DNA from: Promethearchaeota archaeon | GTDB lineage: Archaea; Asgardarchaeota; Lokiarchaeia; Sigyniarchaeales; SOKP01 | Assembly (NCBI GenBank): GCA_019058445.1 | Contig: JAHPZA010000006.1 | Span: 896,001-960,000 of the forward strand | Reading direction: 5' to 3' | Length of the DNA: 64,000 nucleotides | Part shown: positions 19,133-28,899 of the stretch, piece after piece | Layout of the letters: each line of letters opens with the position of its first letter | How positions within the stretch are numbered: the stretch's first letter is position 1 | Notes under the pieces: model-generated | What the model was told of the DNA's origin: nothing | Seen by the model: only the letters and a program-made list of their open reading frames with translations | Databases searched by the model: none | Made by a program: the position numbers and the translations under genes

Positions 19133-20281
19133 TCATACAGATTCTTGAGCTAAGCCATAAACTAATTTATCCTGCTGAAAAGAATTGATTCGTTCTTGCC
19201 ATTGCATTTTATTTTGTTCAATCCATTCTTTGAATTTTAAAGGGTCTAAATTTTTGATCTCATCGGGAAAAATCTCTCTTAACCTTACAACAATGTTTTG
19301 AATAGATTCAACAGAAAATTCATTTTTGCCATTAAGAGCATCAAGGAATTCGTCAAAATAGAGCATCTGCTTACATGGAATGAATAATCGAATAGTATTT
19401 TTAAGAATCATTTCAAAATTTTTTTGATTTGATAAAAATTCGAAATTCATAGAAAAAGTGGTAAGAAGTCGATTAATCTGTGATAATTTTTGAGTATCTA
19501 TAAACATCTCATTTGTACAGAACTCAACACAGCGATAACATAAATAACATTCTCCTTTATTACTATTTTGATAACCCTCTAAAGTAGGACATATTTTTTC
19601 ACAGAGTCCACAATCGAAACATGACTTAGTTCTTCTTATCTTTAAGGGGCTTATCCTACTCACTAAACTTGCAATAGCACCAAAGGGACACAAATAACGA
19701 CAGAAAGGTCTATAAACAAAGAAACTAATAATGATTATACCAATCAATATTATTAAAGCTATTATCAATAAGATATTTGTTGGATACCAAGGGAAAAGGA
19801 AACCGTTCATAGGATTGAGGAATAATGTAATTTCAAAACCTAAAATCAGGATAAACGTAAAAAATACTCCAAAAAAAATCCAACGCACATAAGGTAAGAT
19901 TTTATTTTTTTTTATTTCTTTATTAAATTCTAAAGTGGGTTTAAATCGCACCATGGAACATAGTTCTTGCATCGCCCCTAGGGGACAAACATAACCACAA
20001 AATATTCTGCTAAAAATTAGAGATATCCCTAGAATTAGAAAAGTTAATCCTGTCAAAAATACAACGTTTGGAAAACCTCCCAAAATAAATCCTCCATACA
20101 CTATTGAAGTTGATAGGAGGATAATTTTTCTCCTTATAGTTAATTTTCGTGTATAGATTAAAATAAATGCTGTTAAGCCGATTAAAACCACTCCAAGAAT
20201 CAAAAAGCCAACTAAAAGGGCACTATCAAACTGAAAAAAATATTTAGAATAATCCAATTGATTCATCATATCTTTTGCCAT
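19133..20281 (-). CDS. Membrane 4Fe-4S binding protein (NapH/MauN-like) with C-terminal extension
   Basis: Two CxxxCP motifs (FCGYVCPLG, FCRYLCPFG) among TM helices, plus CFDCGLCEKICP and CYLCYRCVEFC. Confidence 0.82.
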   Translation of the reverse strand: MAKDMMNQLDYSKYFFQFDSALLVGFLILGVVLIGLTAFILIYTRKLTIRRKIILLSTSIVYGGFILGGFPNVVFLTGLTFLILGISLIFSRIFCGYVCPLGAMQELCSMVRFKPTLEFNKEIKKNKILPYVRWIFFGVFFTFILILGFEITLFLNPMNGFLFPWYPTNILLIIALIILIGIIIISFFVYRPFCRYLCPFGAIASLVSRISPLKIRRTKSCFDCGLCEKICPTLEGYQNSNKGECYLCYRCVEFCTNEMFIDTQKLSQINRLLTTFSMNFEFLSNQKNFEMILKNTIRLFIPCKQMLYFDEFLDALNGKNEFSVESIQNIVVRLREIFPDEIKNLDPLKFKEWIEQNKMQWQERINSFQQDKLVYGLAQESV

Positions 20282-20287
20282 TTTATC

Positions 20288-20866
20288 TTACCCCTCTCTT
20301 AATTTTGTATTTTCTATTTTGATGAAATTATAGATTTTATCATTTTTATCTAATAACCTAAAAAGCCCATTCCCCTGTATCTTAGAAATTATCTCATTTT
20401 CTTCAGAATGATGATCATCTACCGATAGAGTTCCTCCTGATTTTAAAATTCGATAAAACTCTATCACATTCTCACTAAAATTGCCAAGTGCATGCAATGT
20501 ATCAAAACAAATAACAACATCTATACTATTATCTTCTAAATCAGTATTACAATTGGTAAGAATTGTATCTATATTCGTTATACTTTTTTTTGATGCTTTT
20601 TTACTTACTTTTTTAATAGCTAATGGGTGAATATCCGCTGAAAAAACTTTCCCAGTGGAACCTACCATCTCAGCAGCCACAATTGAATAACTTCCTGAAC
20701 CACATCCGTAGTCAAGTACCCAATCGCCAGACTTAATCCCTGTTTTTTCTATTTTATCCATAGGATTCTTAAAATTATCTCTAATAGAGAAACAAAATGA
20801 CATGATTCTGAAATCTATATTCGATTGTGCTTTATCACGCCTCTTTTCAACATGCTTTTTCATCAT
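20288..20866 (-). CDS. Class I SAM-dependent methyltransferase
   Basis: VLDYGCGSG motif I and RILKSGG. Confidence 0.85.
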   Translation of the reverse strand: MMKKHVEKRRDKAQSNIDFRIMSFCFSIRDNFKNPMDKIEKTGIKSGDWVLDYGCGSGSYSIVAAEMVGSTGKVFSADIHPLAIKKVSKKASKKSITNIDTILTNCNTDLEDNSIDVVICFDTLHALGNFSENVIEFYRILKSGGTLSVDDHHSEENEIISKIQGNGLFRLLDKNDKIYNFIKIENTKLREG

Positions 20867-20989
20867 TTTTCTACATCACTTTTTAATTATTTATATTGTT
20901 ATTGTGACTAAACACTTCAACATATATAAATGTTATTGTGTCGAGACAGATCAACAAAATTTAAATATTCTAAAATATATATTTTAAAT

Positions 20990-21904
20990 ATGGTAAACGC
21001 TGAAAATTCGTTAATTGATTCTTTAAAGAAAATGGAACTTAATAATGATGAGGCTCAAATTTATTTTAATCTATTGAAATATGGAAAAAATGGTACAATT
21101 GTAAGAAAATTGAGAGAAGATTTACCTTTTATTGAAAGAACAACTTTGTATTCTATTTTAAGAAGACTTATTGAAAAAAGCTGCGTAAAAGAAGCGAGCT
21201 CATCAAAAAAATTAAAAACTTTTATTGCTACAGCCCCAGAGGATTATTTTAATAAAATTTTTTTAAAAAAAAAGCAAGAATTTGAAGAACTTCAGAAAAT
21301 TAAAACCAATTTCTTAGAAAAAATTCAAAAAATATATACTAGAGGATTAGAGTTATCTTATGACGATTTGGATCCTTTTATTTTACCTTATTTTGAACCG
21401 TTGATGGAAAAGGGATGGAAAATTAAAACTCAAAAAATCAGCACGGGGATTAACATATTTGGTGGGGAACAGTATTATGAATATCATACTCAACCTCCAA
21501 ACAACATTGAGAAGGGAATAGACAGTGTAGGACTCATCATAAACATTTACGATTCTGATATTGAAAATGATGATATTACTTTAAAATTTGTAATTAAACA
21601 AATTAAAAAAAGCATTAAACACCTACATAAAGGAGATTTTAATAATTTTAGTCTATTAGATAATGAAATTGAATTATTTGGAAACAAATTTTTATCAATA
21701 ATCATAGAAGCGAGAGAGAAAGAATCTAAGACTTACCTAAAGTTTGGAAAAACAGCAATCTTACCATTCAAAAACAAATTAATATTTATATGGGAAGAAT
21801 TAATCCATGATCAAAAAGGATATAATGAACTTGAGCAAGAGAATGCTTTAAAGGAAATTGTGAAAGCGATTTTCGAAGTAGAACAATTTTCAATTAAAGA
21901 TTAA
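20990..21904 (+). CDS. TrmB-family winged-HTH transcriptional regulator
   Basis: N-terminal L..ELNNDEAQIYFNLL...RTTLYSILRRLIEK..V..F.A..P pattern. ATG 20990 preferred over 20930. Confidence 0.75.
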   Translation: MVNAENSLIDSLKKMELNNDEAQIYFNLLKYGKNGTIVRKLREDLPFIERTTLYSILRRLIEKSCVKEASSSKKLKTFIATAPEDYFNKIFLKKKQEFEELQKIKTNFLEKIQKIYTRGLELSYDDLDPFILPYFEPLMEKGWKIKTQKISTGINIFGGEQYYEYHTQPPNNIEKGIDSVGLIINIYDSDIENDDITLKFVIKQIKKSIKHLHKGDFNNFSLLDNEIELFGNKFLSIIIEAREKESKTYLKFGKTAILPFKNKLIFIWEELIHDQKGYNELEQENALKEIVKAIFEVEQFSIKD

Positions 21905-22016
21905 TTGATATGAGATATTTATCTTTTAATTATTTCTTATTAAAATAATTAAATGAATTATTATTATCTCTTATTATAATAATATTTATTAAATAGATGA
22001 AAAAGTCTAATTCATA

Positions 22017-22925
22017 ATGCTAAAAGAATTAAAGAACTTTTTAATTGAATTTTTTACTTCCAGTGAGCTCAACCGTCTCCATGAGAATTATGGGGGGGGA
22101 AGAATTTTTTCTGATCCTTTAGTAGGTGTAGCTAGTGGAGACGATTACATCTACCAAAAATATAAAGAAGTAATAGGTCCCGAACATTTTACGCCTCTTG
22201 AATTTTGGCAGGTGGAGGGGAAAAATACGGTTCCTGCATCAAAATTACGCATAATATCAATTGTATTTCCCTTTTCTGATGAAATTCGAGAGGGAAGCAA
22301 AAATAGCATCCAGTTAAAGAGGTTAAAACTCCCAGCAGAAATTTATTCTGTAGGTCGTAATTACGCAAATGAATTTAAACAAGAAACATGTCGACAAGTA
22401 ATAAAATTTCTTGAGGATAAAGGGTATAATGGAGTGGCAGGGCTTCTTAGTAAAAATTTCACAATTATATTAAAAGGAACGTTTTATTCAAACTGGTCCG
22501 AAAGACACTCTGCTTTTGCGGCTGGGTTAGGGACGTTTAGTTTGCATGAGGGCTTAATTACTGAAGTAGGGTGCAATGTTAGAATTGGATCTGTCATTAC
22601 AGACGCACCATTAAAAATAACTCCACGAAAAAGTGATGACCCATATGCTAATTGCTTATTTTATTCAAAAGGAACTTGTAAAAAATGCATTGAAAAGTGT
22701 CCTGCAAGTGCTATTTCAGAGGAAGGACATGATAAGAATAAGTGTAATTCTTATAGAATAAAATTAGGACGAAAAGTAAATTTACGTATAGGATCAATCC
22801 TCAAACCACATTATCGTTTCATAAATGGAGAGAGACGCGAACAAGATCCTCCTGTGGGATGTGCTTTTTGTCAATTTGGAGTCCCTTGCATGGATAAAAA
22901 TCCAATGGCTTCTCTTAAAGAATAA
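22017..22925 (+). CDS. QueG/reductive-dehalogenase-like cobalamin Fe-S protein
   Basis: WSERHSAFAAGLGTF, VRIGSVITDA, CKKCIEKCP and CAFCQFGVPC motifs. Confidence 0.78.
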   Translation: MLKELKNFLIEFFTSSELNRLHENYGGGRIFSDPLVGVASGDDYIYQKYKEVIGPEHFTPLEFWQVEGKNTVPASKLRIISIVFPFSDEIREGSKNSIQLKRLKLPAEIYSVGRNYANEFKQETCRQVIKFLEDKGYNGVAGLLSKNFTIILKGTFYSNWSERHSAFAAGLGTFSLHEGLITEVGCNVRIGSVITDAPLKITPRKSDDPYANCLFYSKGTCKKCIEKCPASAISEEGHDKNKCNSYRIKLGRKVNLRIGSILKPHYRFINGERREQDPPVGCAFCQFGVPCMDKNPMASLKE

Positions 22926-22968
22926 GATTTAGAAAAAAATTTTTTGTTTTAATTTTTTTTAACTTAAA

Positions 22969-23787
22969 TTAAAGGCTTTCAAGAAACTCTTCCATCACTT
23001 TAATATACTCATTTTTAGCTTCATAATTAATCATATGGCCAATATTTGGGGAAAATACGACTAATTTAGAATTGGGAATTTTTTCATGCATTTTTTTAGA
23101 TTCATCGGGAAGAATGAATATATCTTTATCACCTGTTAATATTAAAGTTGGTACCTTAATGGTATTGAGTTTATCTTCGACATTAAAACTATTCACAATT
23201 GATTCCATCGTCCTAAATCCTACAAATTCCTTATTTTCAAGTGTTTTTTCCGCAAATTCGTTAATAAGAGCATTATTTTCTTTATTTTTTCTAAATTTAC
23301 GATGGAAGCATAAATTAAGAAAGACTGTTTCTACTACTTCTTTATCAATAATTTTCATCTTCCCCGCTTTTATATCTTCGATATACTGGACTAAGCCAGG
23401 ATTTTGTAAAACTGGTGCCGTAGCCATTAAAACGAGCCCATCTAATCTCTTAGCTAAACTTGGAGTGGTAGCATAGATTTGGGCAATCATACCTCCCATA
23501 CTATGGCCATGCAGTATAATCTTTTCATCTCCAATGATTTTTGACAGTGTTTGATCGATATAGTTCGCTAATTCAACCAGTTCATATGACTCAGATTCTG
23601 GTTTGTCACTTTTTCCATGTCCAAGATGATCAATTGCTATAACTCTATATTTATTGGAAAAATAATCAACAAAATCTTCATAGAGCCAAGAACTTCCTAA
23701 ATATCCATGTATGTATACCAGATTCTTCCCTTTTCCTTTATCTAAATAATTGATTTTATAACCTTTTTCAATCTCTACAGTTGGCAT
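22969..23787 (-). CDS. Alpha/beta hydrolase
   Basis: HGY oxyanion motif, GHSMGG nucleophile elbow, GDKD and GH catalytic residues. Confidence 0.9.
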   Translation of the reverse strand: MPTVEIEKGYKINYLDKGKGKNLVYIHGYLGSSWLYEDFVDYFSNKYRVIAIDHLGHGKSDKPESESYELVELANYIDQTLSKIIGDEKIILHGHSMGGMIAQIYATTPSLAKRLDGLVLMATAPVLQNPGLVQYIEDIKAGKMKIIDKEVVETVFLNLCFHRKFRKNKENNALINEFAEKTLENKEFVGFRTMESIVNSFNVEDKLNTIKVPTLILTGDKDIFILPDESKKMHEKIPNSKLVVFSPNIGHMINYEAKNEYIKVMEEFLESL

Positions 23788-23917
23788 TTTAATTTCTCTT
23801 TACAATTATTTTGATTAATTTGAAGATTTTCTTTATATTATTTAAATATTTAAGTTCTTGTCTGAGATATGATTTATCATAATAAATTTCATTAAGTAAT
23901 TATCTTTATTCTTCTCA

Positions 23918-25588
23918 ATGTCATCAAATAAAAATCATTTAGATCCGAGTAAAGCATATGAAAGAGCCCTATACATTGGCTGTGGTTATACATATGAAGA
24001 TTTAGCAAAACCCAGAATTGCAATTGTAAATTCTTGGAATGAAATCAACCCAGGACATCTCCATTTACAGAAGTTAGCGAATTATGTTAAAAAAGGAATA
24101 AAAGAAACCGGGGGAACACCTATGGAATTTAACACCATTGCATCTTGTGATGGAATTGCAAATTCGGGGAGTTTCTCTAAATATATATTACCTTCTAGAG
24201 AGATTATTGCAGCATCAGTAGAGTGTACTATCAAGGCATATAATTTTGATGGGATGGTGATGCTCTGTTCTTGTGATAAAATAATTCCGGGGATGTTAAT
24301 GGCAGCGGCAAGATGTAATATCCCAACAATTTTTTTAACAGGTGGAATTATGGAACCTAAAGTCTTTGAAGATGGCCCTCTGAAAGGAAAAACATTTGTT
24401 ACAAGTGATATTAAAGAAGCAATCGGGGAGTTTAAAGCTGGGAAGATAACTGAGGAAGAATTTTATCTTATTGAATCAAAAACATGTTGTTCACCCGGAG
24501 CATGCAATATGATGGGCACGGCAAATACTATGGCGTGTATTATTGAATCTATGGGGCTATCCTTACCAGGGTGTGCTACGATGAGTGCAATAAGTAAAGA
24601 AAGAGAGGATTTAAGCCGTGAAACAGGCAAGAAAATAATGGAGTTAGTTAATGATAATATTAGGGCATTAGATATAATTACCCATGAATCTATTGAAAAT
24701 AGTATAAAAGTGGCTCTCTCTTTTGGCGGCTCTACAAATATGATTTTACACATGTGTGCCTTATCCCATGAAATTGGAGGCAGTTTGAATCATTTTGATT
24801 TTGACACTTTAAGCAAATCTGTACCACTTTTAGCTAAATTTAAACCTGCTTCTGAATATAACCTTACTGAATTTCACGAGGCTGGAGGAGTTAAAGTATT
24901 AATGAAAAAACTTACAAAAATTTTAGATCTATCCACACTTACAGTTCTTGGAATAACTCTAAAGGATTATTTAGAACTAATCAAAATTCAGGAGTATCAA
25001 ATTATTAGAAACTTTGAAGATGCGATCTCAGAAGAAGGGGGGATAGCTGTTTTAAAAGGCAATTTAGCCCCAGAGGGGGCTATCATTAAACAAAGTGCGG
25101 TTAACTCTAAAATGAGGCATCATAAGGGTCCGGCAAAAGTGTTTGAAAGTGAAGAACAAGTCAGAGATGCGTTGATGAGTGGTAAAGTAGAAGAGGGAGA
25201 CGTTTTGGTTATTAGATATGAGGGTCCTAGAGGTTCGCCCGGGATGAGAGAATTATCAATTCCTGCTGCAATGCTAATAGGAATGGGCTTAGGTGAATCA
25301 GTTGCAATGATAACCGATGGACGATATTCTGGAGCAACGAGAGGTCCTTGTATAGGACATCTGTGTCCAGAAGCAATTGAGGGAGGTCCAATTGCGATTG
25401 TAAAAGAAGGAGATTTAATCGAAATTGACCTTGATAATCGCACGTTGAATCTACTACTTTCAGACGATGATATAAAAGAAAGGCTTAGTAGATGGGTAAA
25501 ACCAGAACCAAAAGTTACATCAGGATTCTTAGATATTTACAGAAAAATTGTAAGTTCTGCGAAATTTGGAGCTTACTTTAAAATATAA
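23918..25588 (+). CDS. ilvD: Dihydroxy-acid dehydratase (IlvD/Edd family)
   Basis: [37 protein letters not shown] and TDGRYSGAT motifs. Confidence 0.85.
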   Translation: MSSNKNHLDPSKAYERALYIGCGYTYEDLAKPRIAIVNSWNEINPGHLHLQKLANYVKKGIKETGGTPMEFNTIASCDGIANSGSFSKYILPSREIIAASVECTIKAYNFDGMVMLCSCDKIIPGMLMAAARCNIPTIFLTGGIMEPKVFEDGPLKGKTFVTSDIKEAIGEFKAGKITEEEFYLIESKTCCSPGACNMMGTANTMACIIESMGLSLPGCATMSAISKEREDLSRETGKKIMELVNDNIRALDIITHESIENSIKVALSFGGSTNMILHMCALSHEIGGSLNHFDFDTLSKSVPLLAKFKPASEYNLTEFHEAGGVKVLMKKLTKILDLSTLTVLGITLKDYLELIKIQEYQIIRNFEDAISEEGGIAVLKGNLAPEGAIIKQSAVNSKMRHHKGPAKVFESEEQVRDALMSGKVEEGDVLVIRYEGPRGSPGMRELSIPAAMLIGMGLGESVAMITDGRYSGATRGPCIGHLCPEAIEGGPIAIVKEGDLIEIDLDNRTLNLLLSDDDIKERLSRWVKPEPKVTSGFLDIYRKIVSSAKFGAYFKI

Positions 25589-25658
25589 GCATTTTAATCT
25601 TATTCATATTACTTCTATAGCATTTAAAATCAATATTCCCAATAGAGAATACTAAAGT

Positions 25659-26672
25659 ATGGTTGATAATAGTCCAATGAAAAATTGGCAAATGGGTCCA
25701 TTTAAACGTCCATCCGGAATAAATCCAATTATTAGTCCAATTAAGGAATCTATTTTCGAGTGTCCGATGCAAAAACAAAAAATTAATTGGGAATCGGCGC
25801 ATACTTTTAATCCTGCCGCGATAGTTAATGACGATAAAATTATTCTGCTTTATCGGGCAGAGGATGGCAGAGGTAAGAAAAGGATTGGAGGTCATACATC
25901 TCGTTTAGGATTAGCCGAAAGTTTTGATGGTTTACATTTTAAGCGTAGATCAGAACCAGTATTTTATCCAGCAGATGACTCTCAAAAAGCATTCGAATGG
26001 GAAGGAGGATGCGAAGATCCAAGATTAATCGAAGCAGAAAATGGAACCTATTTCTTAACATATACTCAATGGAATCGAAGAATAGCCCGTTTGGCTATTG
26101 CTTCAAGTAAAGATTTCATTCATTGGGAGAAATATGGATCTGTTTTTGAGAGTGCTAATAATGAATGGAAAAATAAATGGACTAAAGCAGGGGCAATTCT
26201 ATGTGAAATAAAGGAGGGGCGTTTGAAGGCTACAAAAATTAATGACAAATATTGGATGTATTTTGGAGAGTTAAAAATTTGGTTAGCAAGTTCGCTGGAT
26301 TTAATTCATTGGAAACCAGAAAAACTTGTATTAAATCCACGAGAAAGCGGTTTTGATGATGCTTTAGTGGAAACTGGACCTCCAGCGATTTTAACTGAAA
26401 AAGGTATACTATTGTTATATAATGCAAAAAATAAAGAAAGTCGTTCTTATAGCGCCGGACAAGCTTTATTTGATAAAAAAGATCCTATGCAACTCATTGC
26501 TAGAACTGAAAATGCTTTTTTCAAACCAGAAGAATCTTATGAATTGACTGGACAATATACCGCCGGAACTGCTTTTATTGAAGGATTAGTTTATTTTAAA
26601 GAAAAATGGTTTATTTATTACGGATGTGCAGATTCCCTCGTAGCAGTAGCAATATGGGCCCCTAAGGAGTAA
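25659..26672 (+). CDS. GH130 family glycosidase/mannoside phosphorylase
   Basis: FNPAA, LLYRAED, GCEDPR, ETGPP and YYGCAD beta-propeller motifs. Confidence 0.88.
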   Translation: MVDNSPMKNWQMGPFKRPSGINPIISPIKESIFECPMQKQKINWESAHTFNPAAIVNDDKIILLYRAEDGRGKKRIGGHTSRLGLAESFDGLHFKRRSEPVFYPADDSQKAFEWEGGCEDPRLIEAENGTYFLTYTQWNRRIARLAIASSKDFIHWEKYGSVFESANNEWKNKWTKAGAILCEIKEGRLKATKINDKYWMYFGELKIWLASSLDLIHWKPEKLVLNPRESGFDDALVETGPPAILTEKGILLLYNAKNKESRSYSAGQALFDKKDPMQLIARTENAFFKPEESYELTGQYTAGTAFIEGLVYFKEKWFIYYGCADSLVAVAIWAPKE

Positions 26673-26722
26673 TTTAAGAAGATGATAAGTTATTAGAAGG
26701 AGAGAAACATTGGTAATTTCCA

Positions 26723-27502
26723 TTACTTCTGGTTTATTATATCATCAACTGTAATCTCAGGATGATGATATCTTTTTCTTCTTGCCGTTTTCTTGCCGTA
26801 TTGAATTGCTTCCTGAGGACAAAAATGAACACATGCTAAACACCGCTGACATCTATGCTGCCATTCAGGTTTTCCATTTACAATTTTTATATTGTTGACT
26901 GGGCAGACCTTCTCACAAAGTTCGCAAGAATTGCATTTTTCATCAGCATAAAACTTTTTATCACTCTTATTAACATTCTTATTAAATAATTTATTAAAAA
27001 AGCTTCCAATAAAAGGAAGAGATGTTTTTTGTAGTTCCTCTCCATTAATTTTAATAATTTCCGTTATTATTTCGATCTCTTCTTTTGCTTGTTTAAAATC
27101 TCTATTATGACTTTCCATAGAGGCAATGTCATACATAGGTATATAATTACCGGGCATTCTGATTGAAAATCCGGCGTTGAGAGTTTTAGCTTTTTTTTTT
27201 AAAATTTTATTTATTTGGTATAATGCGGCTCCAGGGCTGCCATGATGGCTCGTTACTACAGCGAAAATGTAATTTACTTTATCAACCTCTAATTTACCGA
27301 GGAAATCAATTATAATAGAGGGACAACCCATAAAATATATTGGAAAGATCAATCCAACTTTTTCAGATTGAGGAATAATGATATCATGTCTCCATAATTT
27401 TGCGATTGGAATAATTTCAGAATTTTCTAATTTATTAGAAACATCTCTTGCGATATTTAATGAATTGCCTGTACCTGAATAATAATACAGTGGTGTCTTC
27501 AT
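26723..27502 (-). CDS. EFR1-type flavodoxin plus ferredoxin protein
   Basis: YYSGTGNS, MPGNY, CNSCELCEKVCP and CQRCLACVHFCP motifs. Confidence 0.88.
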   Translation of the reverse strand: MKTPLYYYSGTGNSLNIARDVSNKLENSEIIPIAKLWRHDIIIPQSEKVGLIFPIYFMGCPSIIIDFLGKLEVDKVNYIFAVVTSHHGSPGAALYQINKILKKKAKTLNAGFSIRMPGNYIPMYDIASMESHNRDFKQAKEEIEIITEIIKINGEELQKTSLPFIGSFFNKLFNKNVNKSDKKFYADEKCNSCELCEKVCPVNNIKIVNGKPEWQHRCQRCLACVHFCPQEAIQYGKKTARRKRYHHPEITVDDIINQK

Positions 27503-27628
27503 TTTTAACTCATTTTTAGATTATTATATTATAAATGTAATAAAATTAAAGTTAATAATTAATTTTAATAGAATACAGTTTAGTTTAATAAAAATATCAT
27601 TTCTGAAATATTTTAGCTCCTAAGACTA

Positions 27629-28789
27629 ATGATTGATGAAACTCGAATGAAACAAAATTTAGAGTTACTATCTTTTCCCCGATTAAGTGGAACGGAAGGC
27701 GAGAGAAAGGCGTTTACTATTGTAAAAGAAAAAATAAAGAGTCTAAATTTAGAGCCTTCAGTTCAAAGTTTTTTGTATACCACATTTTATCCCCGTGTTT
27801 ATCAGAAAATTGTTTTCCTAATAACTTTTTGGACTTTATTTCTTGTTTATTTATATTTTGACTTTATGTTTACTATAATAAATCTAATTGTAATATTAGC
27901 AATTTTTATTCCAGTTTTGATAATTACCAGAAAACCTGAGAGGATTAGAATAGGAAAGAAAAGAGAGTCTCAAAATTTATATGTGAAGCTTCTTGGGAAT
28001 AGCGAATATAAAATTAATAATTATGACAGTTTGGAACAAGACAATGTGAGGGGGAATTTATTATTTATGTGCCATCTTGACTCGAAGGGGCAGCGGTTAC
28101 CAATGAAATTCCGGGTCTTTTTTTTTAAATTATGGATATATTCCTCAATATTAAGCGTGATTATAGTTTTATTAAAAATTTTTATTTTTATCCAGTATAC
28201 ATTCTGGTTCTTTATTATAGGGGCTGTTCCTTTATCCTTAAATTTTTTATCAGCGATTGCCCTCTGTTTAAATACCACCAATAATGAATCTCCAGGAGCA
28301 ACAGACAATGCTTCTGGAGTGATATGTGTTTTGGAGCTACTACAATACTATTCAGATTTAAAAATTAGATTAAATAATTACAATTTATGGTTTTTATTTA
28401 CAGGAGCCGAAGAGAATGGCACGATTGGAGCTCGCCACCTCTATAATAAAGTAAAACATCTTGATAAAGCAAAAACATTTATGCTTAACTTCGATACTAT
28501 TGGAAGATCCATAGATGTTATAACAGATGAGAGAGGCGAATTTTTTTTTAGAAATACAAAGGATTTTACAGTTACGTACCATACGCCTAAGAGAATTAGA
28601 TTATCTCGGAGTGATGCGTATATTTTTGCCGATAAAGGTATCGGAGGATTTGGTGTTTTAGATAAACAATCCTTCAAATATGCTCATACTAAAGAAGATA
28701 CTATTGATAAAGTAGATGTTAATCTTTTAAAAAAACTTTTAATACATATAGTTTTAACGTTAAAATATATTGATAGAAGCCCGCCTTAA
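27629..28789 (+). CDS. Membrane-embedded M28 family metallopeptidase
   Basis: FPRLSGTEGE, HLDSK, GATDNASG, GAEE, NFD and HTKEDT motifs, with two inserted TM hairpins. Confidence 0.85.
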   Translation: MIDETRMKQNLELLSFPRLSGTEGERKAFTIVKEKIKSLNLEPSVQSFLYTTFYPRVYQKIVFLITFWTLFLVYLYFDFMFTIINLIVILAIFIPVLIITRKPERIRIGKKRESQNLYVKLLGNSEYKINNYDSLEQDNVRGNLLFMCHLDSKGQRLPMKFRVFFFKLWIYSSILSVIIVLLKIFIFIQYTFWFFIIGAVPLSLNFLSAIALCLNTTNNESPGATDNASGVICVLELLQYYSDLKIRLNNYNLWFLFTGAEENGTIGARHLYNKVKHLDKAKTFMLNFDTIGRSIDVITDERGEFFFRNTKDFTVTYHTPKRIRLSRSDAYIFADKGIGGFGVLDKQSFKYAHTKEDTIDKVDVNLLKKLLIHIVLTLKYIDRSPP

Positions 28790-28899
28790 ACATTTTGGAA
28801 GATTTCCCATATTTTTGAAAACGGATCCTTTATTTTAAGATAATTATTTTTTTTTAGAAATTTGTTTTTTTTTAAAAATAACGATATTATTTCAATAGT

